A stretch of 64,000 bases of DNA from Paraspadella gotoi. Taxonomy: Eukaryota; Animalia; Chaetognatha. The stretch is taken from assembly GCA_051294375.1 (NCBI GenBank), contig CM119266.1:15617405-15681404 (forward strand). Direction: 5' to 3'. This document shows, piece after piece, positions 1 through 11,859 of the stretch. Positions within the stretch are counted from its first letter, which is position 1. Each line of letters opens with the position of its first letter. The translations under genes and the position numbers were made by a program. The notes beneath the pieces are model-generated. The model was not told the DNA's origin. It saw nothing but the letters and a program-made list of their open reading frames with translations, and searched no databases.

Positions 1-90
1 GTTACTCTCAAGATTAACCCATTAAGAAAGAACCCTGCCGCCGTGGCCCCGCGGGAGAGGCCATGACGGCACTCTCCAAAAATCTTTCAC

Positions 91-403
91 CTCGGAGGAA
101 GAAGGGTTGTTCGTGAAAGGGACGATAACTGCGCCTCAGTTCCAGCTGAAGCGATGTTGCGGTTTTGAAAGATTCGAAACGCGAATGGAGAAAGCAATGA
201 AGGACAATGTCTCATCGAGGAGCGGCATTGTTAATTGATTGCTTTAGGAGTTATCTTGAAGTGTATTGATTACGTCTGGGTTATAGTAGCAGTATCATTT
301 TCAACATCAACAGGATCGTCTTCATCATCGTCATTATCATTCATCAATGACGATATCAGCAACGAAACTCACCATTAATCATTGGAAGACACCATTATCA
401 TCG

Positions 404-435
<32 letters not shown>

Positions 436-1087
436 CTGCATATCGGCTACTCAAATATTGGAAGAAACTCGATGATATTTCAAAAGCGAAGAAAAGTTTC
501 GACTTTTTCTCGCAGGAAGTTTAAAGATGAAAAATATGATTCAGAGATAAAATGATGATAAAAGGATAATTTAATTAAATTATGAAAATCTCGTTTTAAA
601 TTAAACAAGATGAACGCTGAACATAAAGCAGTTAACAAGTATAACAAATATGCGGAAAAAATGAAAAAATGATAAAAATCACCATTCATAATATTTATAT
701 ATATTTTATTTTTTATGAACACTAATTTTTAGTTTTTAGGTATAATTCTTATAATTCTTATAATTCTTATAATTCTTATAATTCTTATTTCTTGATTAAT
801 ATTCTTGAATCAGTAACGTAACTCGATATAAATAAATTAACAAATTAACAAATAACACTTACCCATCTGGGAGATCTGACTTCTTTAGACACATCCAATG
901 ATACTGAGGACGCGGGAGACGCCGTTGAATCCGGCGACGACGACGACGAAAACGACGACGACGCCGCGTCTTCTTCGTCGCCAACGTCGCCGTTATTTTT
1001 GAGGCGCGGCGCGGCGACGTCGACGCTGGGATTTTCGAGCGACGTGACGTAAATCACCTCGAATCCTTTGTCTTCTTGGCCGCTCAT
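91..1087 (-). CDS. 5' exons of an unidentified gene running off the left edge (exon 1 1087-863; possible exon 2 145-91)
   Basis: A GC-rich ORF MSGQEDKGFEVIYVTSLENPS...VRSPRW ends exactly at a strong donor TGG|GTAAGT (phase 0). A candidate acceptor TTCAG| at 146 gives in-frame LELRRSYRPFHEQPFFLR and then GAG|GTGAAA. The product is not recognised. Confidence 0.5.
747..790. repeat. 9-bp tandem repeat (ATAATTCTT) x~5
   Basis: Directly visible. Confidence 0.85.
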
Positions 1088-1886
1088 GGCGCGGAACGGA
1101 TTTGAGTGACTTGATTTTTAGATCCGAAAAAGACACGAAATATCGCAGAACTTTGCTCGTTAAAGTCGTCAGGGTTCAACAGTTTGGATAGACTTGATCC
1201 CGCCGTGTCGTTCAAAAAGAGGGGGACTAGAATTTTGGCGAAGAAATATTTTTCGACTTGAATTAATCAAATAGCGAAAATAAATTTAAAGGTTTCTCGC
1301 TGTTGGCGCGTAAGACAATAAAAAAAAAAACTAGAATGGAAATGAGGCCAAGAAAATTATTACGTTGAATTGATCCCCAATTGTTTATTTCTCTTTGAAG
1401 AGGAAGAGGATTTCTCCTTCTCAATGAATCGTCCCTCGTTTGACGATTCACAAACGCCGCGTTTACTATTCAATGTTCAATGTTCAAACGATGCAATTTG
1501 TTACGACTACCCGATACTATCGAGAAAATTTCGTTCCCTAAGAACTTTTAATAAAAAAACAGAATAAAAGTGATGATCGAAACTGATTTACATGAGACTA
1601 AATCTGGCTCGAGAGGTTTTTTGATATTCATGCGCGCGTAGAGGCTTAAAATAACGCCCAATAAAATAAATACAAGAAATAAAAAAGGTTAAAAAAAAAG
1701 TAGTTTTTAAGTGAAAATACTTTTATTTTTTGAGGAGAATTGTTTTCTGAAAAAAATATCAAAATAAGCGAAGTTTCTAACCATTTGACTTTCTCGACTT
1801 TATTTTTTGAAATTCTGAATCGGTGTGAAAATTAAAGTTTTGTCGAATGTTTTTTTTTTTTTTTTTTTTTTTCAAAGAGAAAAAAA

Positions 1887-1951
<65 letters not shown>

Positions 1952-2409
1952 TTTTTAGAACAAGAACAAATGGTCAACGCCTATTTCGGTCGACAGACCA
2001 ATGAGATCGGCCCTCTTGCGGTCAACCTTTACAACTATTTTAAACGGCGAAAAAGGTAAAAAAAAATAATAAAGTGAGAGAAAAAAAAGCTGGTTACGAC
2101 GCGTAAGGTTTAAACCAAGTTAATCCCGACATGATCTCCAATCATTTTTTTTTTAATTCGCGACTCGTTTTTTGGGGAGAAAAAAAACGTCGTGGCTGCG
2201 AAGTTGGGAAATCTTTGTGGGACTAATTGGATTTAATTGGAATTGTGAGAAAAGTGAAATATTGAAAGATTGAATCAGGGGAGAGAGAGAGAGAGAGAGA
2301 GAGAGTAGGATCGCAAAATGAAAATGATTGTGAGAAATAATTCGAAGAAAAAGGGAAGCGAACATCAAAAAAGTTCAGAAGAAAATGAGTCACTATTTTT
2401 ATCTACCGT

Positions 2410-2475
<66 letters not shown>

Positions 2476-3968
2476 TTCTCCTGGAGAATCGCACCGAAGA
2501 ACAATTGATGATTTGAGTTGGCATGCGAAATTCAAATTGGAAAAAAAAAACTGAAAATAGAATGAATTCAGGTAAAACAAAAATATGTTTAGATTCTCTT
2601 TGGACCAATGGCCTAGAGCCTAGAGTTTAGAGGCCTAGAGTGAAGGAAAAGAGGATGCTTAATGAATGTTTTAGGTATTAGATATTGTATTAACTCTTTC
2701 TTTTCGTTGCGTTTAATTAATATTATTTATTAGATATTAGATTAAGGTTTGTAATGGACTATGTAATGCGCATTCTTCTCGTCGTCGTGATCGTCGTTAT
2801 CGTCATCCAAACTTTTCACGGACTTTCGATCATCAAAAAAAAAAAAGTTTTCCCCCGAATTTCGACGGAAATATTTCGTCAACACTCGAATCGGCGACGA
2901 AGCGACGCAATTCCGGAGCGCGAGAAGAAAACCGCCCGAGAATCCATCGACCGATGACATCGAAATTCCATTGATTATCTTGGTTGTTCCTCGAGAGTCG
3001 CGAAAAATTAGTAGATAAAGTATACTCGTTAAAAATCGAGGTTTTTTGACAATATTTTCTTTTGATAAAAAAAAGTTTGTTCTATCTGAACTTCAGAGAT
3101 CCATTTTTTTATAGCATTACTTTTTAGGTTATATATTTTAAATATATTTTAAAATATATTATTAAAAATTTTAATTTAAATATTGTTTAAAAAAATCTCT
3201 TTAAACTATAACGTGAAGACCTAGGATTTGTCGCGAGAAAAAAAAAATTACGTCATTTTTGCTTCTTTAAATATGCATCCGGTCTCTTTTTCAATTTCAA
3301 TTATTAAAAAAAAGCTGATCTTTCGCATTAATGATTAAGGGGACACGAGTTCAGCGTCGCGAGTTAAATTACGTCGCTCCCTTTGAAATTATCTTCGTCC
3401 AGTATCAACGTTGCAATCTTGGTTGAGATCCGAGTAGAAAACTGTTAAGCGATCTTCCTTTAGATCGGAATCATAATACGTTCGAGTTTCGTCACAACTC
3501 TTTCACCGAGATGCCTTGCCTTTATCATTAGCCTCTTGGCTTTTTCATTAGTGTAATGCGACGATCGAGTCGGGCGTCACGATCCAAACGACCCCCCACG
3601 GAAGGTCCTTCAACGATGGAGGCTCGAGGGATTCCCTCGTAGCGGGGGAAGAAGAGACGGCTGCGGTGGTGGCGTCTGCGGCGTCTGCGACGGCGGCGGC
3701 GAAGGCGACACAGATACCGATTTCGTCCGAAGTCCGTCGCCAATTTTTTTAAGTCGACAAAGTGGACTTCACGGTCGCATTTCTTTCGGGAGTTTATTCG
3801 ATTTAGACTCGTAAACTACGATCGGGTATATATAGTTTCGTTTCATTTTTGCTTCAAATGAAATAAAATTGACGAGGACAGTAAAAGTACATTCGCGCGA
3901 TTGATTTTTTTTGTTGTCGTGATGTACGTGACGATGAATTCATTTTTGTCTGTTTTGTCACATTTGAC

Positions 3969-4330
3969 GAAAGTTGGGACAGATACGATTGCAATCGAAA
4001 TCTTGTAATTTTAAAAATATTTCTTCTTACTCTGATCGTAGACCGAACCCATTTTAATCATTAATTTAAACTTGATTAGGAAAATTTCGAAAACATGTTA
4101 CGAAGACGATTGCCAAATAAATTTTTAAATTTATTAAACGTTTCGTGAATAGAGAGACGTTTGGAGTTTGGAGACATTTCAAAATATCTACGCATAGTTC
4201 AGGAGAGAGAGAGAGAGAGAGGCTACTATGCGAAACGCCAACTCTTTACGAAGAGATACCTAAGATAACGAAAAAGAGAAAAACAAATTTTCGAGCTAAG
4301 GTTTTTTATTCGACGATATTGTAACGCTTT
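3969..4330 (+). repeat. ~360-bp segment duplicated at 7591-7949
   Basis: Near-identical sequence GAAAGTTGGGACAGATACG...GATATTGTAACGCTTT at both positions, differing mainly in (GA)n length. Confidence 0.9.
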
Positions 4331-5697
4331 TGCGCATAAGTGGCGTCCGTCGTCGGCGTTCCAAATTATAGATAGCCTTTTTTATGATTAAATTTGAATG
4401 TATGAAGCTGTAAATTTATATACAGCTTCTCATCATCGATGTGTTTAAATTGTTATTAAAAGTTTTGTTTACATTTTATCAAAACAAACAATTTTTTTCT
4501 CTTTTATTTTTTGTTTCCTTCTCTCTCTCTTTTCTCTTTTAAATATATAGAGCTCTCTTTCTCTTTTCCCCAGTGCTGATTCATTGGGAAAATATAAACG
4601 AATCTGCAGCTGGCTCTGCAGGGGCTCTTTCTTTTTCTCTTTTTTCCTGCTGCTTCTGCTGCTGCCTTCTGAGTCTGCAGCTGGCTCTGCAGGGGCTTAT
4701 TCTTTTTCTCTCTTTTCTTCTGCTGCTTCTGCTGCTGCCTTTTGATTTCTTTCTTTTTTTCTGAGTGTCTCTGCTGCTTTCGCTGCTGATTCGTCCGAAA
4801 ACGATTTTGCTTCTCTCTCTCTCTGCGTTTCTATAAAAAAAAAATTGAATTAGGATTGAACTTGTAAAATTAGGCATCGCATTCGTGCTATCATGTCGTG
4901 TTATCATTTTGCTATCGCAACATCGGGTTTTTATTTTGATCTTTTTTCTCGTCACTCTCTCTTTCTTTTTATTTTTCTTTCTTCCTTTCTATTCTTTCTT
5001 TCCTTTCTATTCTTTTTCTTTTCTATTCTTTCTTTCTTTATTTTTTTCCTTGCTATTTTTCCTTTTTTATTTTTCCTTTCCTTTCTATTCTTTCTTTCTT
5101 TTCTATTCTTTCTTTCCTTTCTATTCTTTCTTTCCTTTCTTTCTTTATATTTATTCTTTTCTTTTTTTCTTTTTGTTTCTCAAATTTGATTTTTTTAGTA
5201 TCAAAATTTGTCGTCAATCCATTTTTTTTTATGCATTGCGACAATCCTTATGCTTTTAAGATTTTTCTTACGTCAGTCAGTTCGCATCTCGTTACAACCG
5301 TGCGTCCAGGGTTCAATTCTTGGGTATCCCGGTTCTGGGTTAAATGTGACGGAGCCGGTCTATTGTCTGTCTCCCATTCCCCACAGGCCGCCTCCCCGCC
5401 TCTCACGGCGACCACAACGAGGCAGTGGTGAAGGCATGCGTGATGTCGGCGACGCATTCGGCGCTGGAGACTGACGCAGACGCTCAACGCCCACGAGGTC
5501 TCGATGAGCCACTTGGTCGCCGTCAACGTTTATCTTTGCAAGGCCGAACAAGGCCGTGGAGAAGGTGTCGGGGACAGTGGGGGGTGTGTAGAGGCTTTGG
5601 TGAGGGAAAGAGAGAGAAAGTTAATTCAGGGAGGAACACCACATAGTGAACTTAAACTTAGGTTTAATTTCGTAAACGATTTTTCGTATCGTTCGTA

Positions 5698-8184
5698 CAA
5701 GGTGACACGACAACCTGCTGCTAAAACAAATCCTCATTTGCAAACTTGAAGATTTTTTTAATCTGAAAAATTTTTTCTGTAGTAAAAACCAATATCTTTT
5801 ATATATCCAAATTTCATATTGATTAATTATGACCTGACTTGGCAATGAGTGGGAAAAAGTTGCTTTAAAAATCGTTTTTTATTTTAAAACTCAAATCTTT
5901 TTTTTCAATCTTTTTGTCTAACTTTCTGAACATTTTTTAAAGAACTTTTACATTAAAAGGTATCAATATTAATATCTTCTGAAAGCTTTTGGAAATTGGA
6001 AGAAAATGACATATTTAAAAATATTGTAACATGAAAATAAGCCTAACTAGCTTTATTTAATCTCGGTAATCAAAATTAAAATAATAAAATCTTAAAATAT
6101 ATTTTTTCAAATATCTGACCAATTTTCACTATTATGATCTAACCAATTATTGTTTATATAGGTATCATAAAAAACCTTGAGAAAAACTAAATTAAAATGG
6201 CTAACAATAATTTAATAATTATTCCAAAACTGCTTTTTAAGAATTTTTAATTTAATATTGATCTTAGATTTGATTACCTGGATAGTAGAGTGATGTGAAA
6301 ATAATAAAAATTAAAAAATAAATTTAGCATATAAAATATGAAAATAAAAACCAATAGAAATATTTTGTTAAATTTATTTTTTAATTTTATACATAAGTGG
6401 GCACCAGTAAGCGATATTTATACATAGTAATAAGTATATAATAAGCTAAAATTTCAAAATGCAATTTTTTTAATTTTAAGATTGGATTTGGATTCCTTGC
6501 AAAAAGTTGATATGAGAATGTAGAAAATGTTTATTATTTTCTATGCCACGAGGGTCGCGCGTTTGATTCGTCGGCTGTAGGTTAAACTGGCTTTAACATG
6601 GAGCAAGGTTTTCTAAATCTCGAATGACGTAAATGTCGAATAAATGACGAATAAATCGTGAATAAGTTTGTTTATTGTAGAAGCAAATAAATGGCTAAAA
6701 TAATGTAGTACAATAAGTTCATGTAGAAAATCCTTGGATTCCGTAAAAACTACGGTTCCATACAGCCGATCTTTTCCAGAGAAACGATTATGATCGAATA
6801 ACAAGTGACGAGGTTTTCGGCTAAAAGAAAGTTACAAGAAAGCGACTAGAACGGTGAAAAGATTGGTCTGAAAAGGTTAACTAAATGACCAGGGAAAAAT
6901 GACCGGACGCGAGGTCACAAAATCTTTTAGAGAAAATATAATGAAATTGGTACAACCAATATAAAAATTATCCATTCATTTAATAAATAATAATAATAAT
7001 ATAATAATAATACAAACATTTTTCTATGGCGCTGAAGAAGGCTCTTAATTTAAAGCCGAAACATGTACGTCCCTATGTACCAATAAAATCGTTGTTGTAA
7101 ACAAATTCAAACTTCTTCTACAACGAAACAAAAGGAAATTCGCGAATTCTTTTTTAAAAATTCCTTCATGAAGTTGGTTAAAAATGTAAAAAACTATATT
7201 TAAGATGCAGATTTTTAATTTCTAGCTTAAAAATATAGTTTTTTGTAACTTTAACCTATTTAATAATATAATTTTTGAAAAATATTTGTATTTTCTTTTA
7301 CCAACTTTTTATGAGGAATCTGAATCTGTTTTCAGAATTTAATAAAAACATTTTGAAATTTTAACATTATATAAGGTAATACTATAGACAAAATAAGCTG
7401 ACTGGGCTATTATATTTATAAAAAAAAACATTAGTATTCACTAATATAATAGTTTTCAAGATATAACTGCTAAATTTTTATTCCAAACTTTCACTTCACC
7501 TGGATAGGCTAATTTTTATATTAATAGTATTTTTAATTATGTTATTCATTAAGAATATAATAATATTGATACCTTTTTAAAAAATGTTTAGAAAGTTGGG
7601 ACAGATACGATTGCAATCGAAATCTTGTAATTTAAAAAATATTTCTTCTTACTCTGATCGTAAACCGAACCCATTTTAATCATTAATTTAAACTTGATTA
7701 GGAAAATTTTGAAAACATGTTACAAAGACGATTGCCAAATAAATTTTTAAATTTATTAAACGTTTCGTGAATAGAGAGACGTTTGGAGTTTGGAGACGTT
7801 TCAAAATATCTACGCATAGTTCAGGAGAGAGAGAGAGAGGCTACTATGCGAAACGCCAACTCTTTACGAAGAGATACCTAAGATAACGAAAAAGAGAAAA
7901 ACAAATTTTTGAGCTAAGGTTTTTTATTCGACGATATTGTAACGCTTTTTATTTAGAAAGTTAAAAAAACATTGAAAAAAAAATTGAGTTTTAAAATGAA
8001 AGACGATTTTAAGTCAACTTTTCTCTGCTCATTACTAATTCAAATCAAAACCAATCAATATAAAATTTGGATAGATAAATGATTTTAGTTTTTACTACAG
8101 AAAAAATTTTTCAGATTAAAAAAGTTTTTACAAGTTTGCAAATGACAATTTATTTTTAGCGGAGGGTTGTCGTGTGCCACCTTG
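5698..8184. mobile_element. Non-autonomous Tc1/mariner-type foldback element with long TIRs and TA TSD, containing nested insertions
   Basis: TA|CAAGGTGACACGACAACC at the left end and GGTTGTCGTGTGCCACCTTG|TA at the right end. Inverted similarity continues for several hundred bp (e.g. TTTTTTCTGTAGTAAAAAC / GTTTTTACTACAGAAAAAA). No transposase ORF. Confidence 0.7.
7028..7071 (+). ncRNA. Minimal type I hammerhead ribozyme motif (Penelope-like-element type)
   Basis: GGCG-CTGAAGA-A-GGCT(loop)AGCC-GAAA-CATG-TA-CGTC. It has the full core, stem II, a palindromic ACATGT stem III and a 4-bp stem I, with AATAAA just downstream. Confidence 0.7.
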
Positions 8185-10114
8185 TACGTGACGCATTACG
8201 AAATAGATATGAACTTTTTTATTAGTTCTATTTCTCTTCCTTCTCCTTTTCTCAGGTGTATCAAACGTTCTTCACCGGTTGCCCAGCGATGAGAAACACC
8301 ATCGCTCTCAACATTCGACCCACTCACGTTTTATGGCTCGACGCTATTGAAGTTAATTACTTCAGTCAGTTCGGTTATAGACGATAACGACGTCAATAAT
8401 TTCTGTTGAGACGTTAATGATATTATTTGATTGGTTAAGAAAAAGGGTCATTCAAATCAACTTCAAAATAGGCCAGATTCAAAAAGCTTAGCTCCTGGCG
8501 ATTCCGAAAATGTATTCACATTAAACATTGACATTTGATGCATTCTACCCTCATTTTATATCGGTTTTAATTATAATATAAAAATAAAAGAATCCTATCT
8601 GAAGAGTTGCAGGTCAAATGAAAAGGCCAACCCATCTGATGTTTTTTTATGAATTTTTTATTACTGAATTAGAAAAATGTAATAGAGAGACCATTTTTAA
8701 ATTTCAACTTGTATCCTTGAAAATGAAACGTTTTTAAACTTTAACCCTGAATTCTTTCTAAACTGGAACGCGTTTATCAAAATGTCTCTCTATTACATTT
8801 TTACAAATGTTTTTAAGATTGCTAATCATATTTTTAATTTCAATATTATTGCAGTCGTTTTAGGCTGCAACTCTTCAAATTTCAGTGTAGATTCATTGTA
8901 GCTCAAATTCTTTTTTACCATCTATTTAACTGAAGATTTTGTTCATGACTGGAAAACCAACAGAGTAACGAGATTAATTGTTTAATTCTCCCCTTCTAAA
9001 TTATCCCATACAGCGTTTTAACTTCTACCTAGTATTTTTTAACAACCAGATTAAAAAACAATCTTTAAAAAATGTGCTTACCCTTAACTTAACAATTTTG
9101 TTATTTACCCATTTAAAAAAATGATTAAAAACAGAATGTTTACATATAAATAAAAAACTTATTTTTTTATGATTACTGATGACTACAATGTATTTCTCGA
9201 TATATTAGCTCTAATACATCAATGATTACATATTGTTATGCTGAATGACCTTTCCTCTGAAGAGAAGTCATGACGTCAATCAGCAAGGTGGAGAGTAATG
9301 ATATCCTGAGTTTGATCGACATTAATAATTGTGTTGACTGTTGACTGAAATTTTTGACAATGATATGATGATCGGTTTGTTAATAATTAACAATGAAGTT
9401 AATCATTTATAATTTGCAAACAATTTAACTAGCCAATAGCAACAGCAACAACCTGTGGTACCCATTGGAATGGGATATCTCAATGTTGGCTTTAGGGGCT
9501 TCCAACCCTGCAGTGGCGTTTTTCTTGTTTTTTCTCTCCTCTCCAAATTATTACATAATTTTTCCCCCTCTATTTCCTCAGTACTTATATAATGCTCACT
9601 ATGCGACATCCCACAGACCTTTGATAGTCCTGAAGACAGATGGCCACCACTACCTCCACGTCTCCTCTCCCTCTGGGCCCCGGCCAACTCTGCCCCCGAC
9701 GTCTCAGGCCATTGTCGTCGACGATCACCTCTTCGCCTCAGCGCATAAAGGACATCCCCGCCACACTTGAGATCGTCTCGCCCGACGCCAGGATTCAGGT
9801 GAGGGTTGGGAGGGATGGTGGCTGGTGTATGAATATGAAACAGTTTCATTCGGCTGTATATAATTGCAGAATGTATAGAGAACATTGAACCTTGAAATAA
9901 TTACAGGCTTGACATTTTGCGAGGCGTGTCGCCTCCATCCGATTGTGATTAATATATTTTATATGCAAAAGTCATCTGAAGGTCGCTCAACATTTCTCAC
10001 ATTCTTTTATCGCTTCAACATAAACTTTACGTTTACAATGAGCTTAAAAATAATTTTCTAAAAAATTAAAGAAACAAATATTTCGTTGGGCTGCTTACAG
10101 TAACAGGTTTACAC

Positions 10115-11846
10115 TAGAGTTCTGATAATCGTTAAAAGTTAACGGTTATTAACGGTTATTATAAATTTTAACTTAACTGTTAATGTCTTTTTTTTAATCG
10201 GTTAAATTTGGTTAATTTTCAAATACGAATTTTTGTTATTATTTGTTAGGAAACTCTTTTGATTTTTTGAAAACAAAAAGTATTTTTTTCCTTCCTCTCT
10301 ATTCTCCTCTCCCTTTCTCACCATATTTTTCCCCCTCTCTCTCTTTCTCCATTTTTTCAATGTTTTTTTTCTTTTTTATTATCATCCCCAATATTTTTTC
10401 TATCCTAATCTCTCTTATTCTTTCTTCCCCTAACTTTATACCCTCATGTTCCTTTCTTTTTCTTCTCTCTTTTTCCCTCCTTCTTTCCACCCTTTCTTTT
10501 CTCTTCTTTTTTTCTGCGCTTCCAGTATTTTTTTTTTACTTTCTCCAAATTTTTTTTCGTTTTTTTCCTTTCAACTAATTTTATGCATTTACATTCTTAG
10601 AGAAAAAGTTTAAATTCATTGGCAATAACAATTTATTTTCTAGATGAAAATGTACATGTTTTCGGCTTTTTTACAAGCCTTCTTCCAGCGTCAATTTAGT
10701 TTGTGAAAATATTAGACAGATTTTGTGTAGAAGAAGGGAGAGAGAGAGAGAGAGCAAAGTTTCTCTGTTTCTCTCTCTCCCCATCTTCTATACAAATTTC
10801 TGTCTTAATAATTTTACAAACTAAAATGAGCGCTGAAGAAGGCTTGATAAAAAAGCCAAAACATGTACGTTTTCATCTTGAAAAAAAATTGTTGTTGCCA
10901 ATTATTTCAAACTATGTCTCTAATCTTTAGTCACTACGGAAGAAAGGATTACATAACACAATGCATTTACATCAAAGAATATTTTGAAATAAATAATATA
11001 TTGAGAGAGATTTTGATCCACCATAATATATGCAAATACATACATTTTCTACAAATTAAATTCTTACATAAAAAATTTTTTATTCTTTTTGTTATTAAAA
11101 AAAATAAATAAATCTTATTTTTCTCTCTTTTTTCTTTCTCTCTTTTAGAACGAACCAAAGAAGCAAATAAAACCGAATGAATTAAAAAAATGATTATAAA
11201 AAATTTAAAAAGATCAATGATGATCTACTTTTTAATAAACAAAAAAAAATATTTATTAATTAATAAATCTTTTCATCAATAGCTCAATCAATAAACCATT
11301 CAATCAATAAACTAATATTCATATATTATATTTATAATTATGGTCATGTTTGTGAAAGACTAACAACTAGAAAAATAATGAGGAAGAGAAATAGAGAAAG
11401 AAAAAGAGAAAATGAAAGAGAGAAAGAGAACGAGAAACATAATAGAATTACATTGTGCCTTTTTCTTTCTTTGACCTTTTTTTATATTTTTGTTATGCTT
11501 ATGGCAAATAAAAAAAACTTGTATGCAAGATTTATCATGATGCATTATTTGATTAGCTGATAAGCTAAATTATCATGGGTAATATCAAGATAGTTTGCTT
11601 CAAACCATTTTTCTTTTAATAACTATAATGAGTAACCTCATCTATCTGAATAGAAGATAAAGAAGATTTTGGAGCCAGAGTTAAAGAGAAAATTACCATT
11701 AAATACTTTAGTTTGTTTTTAAATATTAGTATTTTAAATTTAAAGTTAAATTATAAATTAACCGATTTTTAACGGTTAATCGTTAAAAATGTTAGTTTTA
11801 ACGGTTTAAGCGAATTTCCTGAAAATTAACAGTTATCGAAACTCTA
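10115..11846. mobile_element. hAT-type non-autonomous element, copy in duplicated block 1
   Basis: GTTTACAC TSD (10107-10114 / 11847-11854) and the same TIRs as 18337-20047. Confidence 0.75.
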
Positions 11847-11859
11847 GTTTACACGCAGA

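Larger units (their letters stand above)
5387..9798 (+). pseudogene. DPH6: Frameshifted exons of the YjgF/RidA-like C-terminal domains of a diphthine--ammonia ligase (DPH6)-like gene
   Basis: Three GC-rich blocks with AG/GT boundaries (5387-5564, 8256-~8364, 9617-9798) translate, with frameshifts, to QTLNAHEVSMSHLVAVNVYL..KAVEK|VYQTFFTGCPAMRNTIAL..LWLDAI and HYLHVSS/LWAPANSAP.SQAIVVDDHLFAS/IPATLEIVSPDARIQ. The last matches my recollection of the long-form DPH6 motif LHVQSISHWAPANIGPYSQA...GQI..P. Confidence 0.7.

Noticed and set aside
4573-5259. ORFs rich in F/S/L or K/E/R (also 47.3 kb, 50.9 kb, 53.3 kb, 56.4 kb)
   Set aside because: They are translations of (GA)n, (GAAA)n and other low-complexity tracts.
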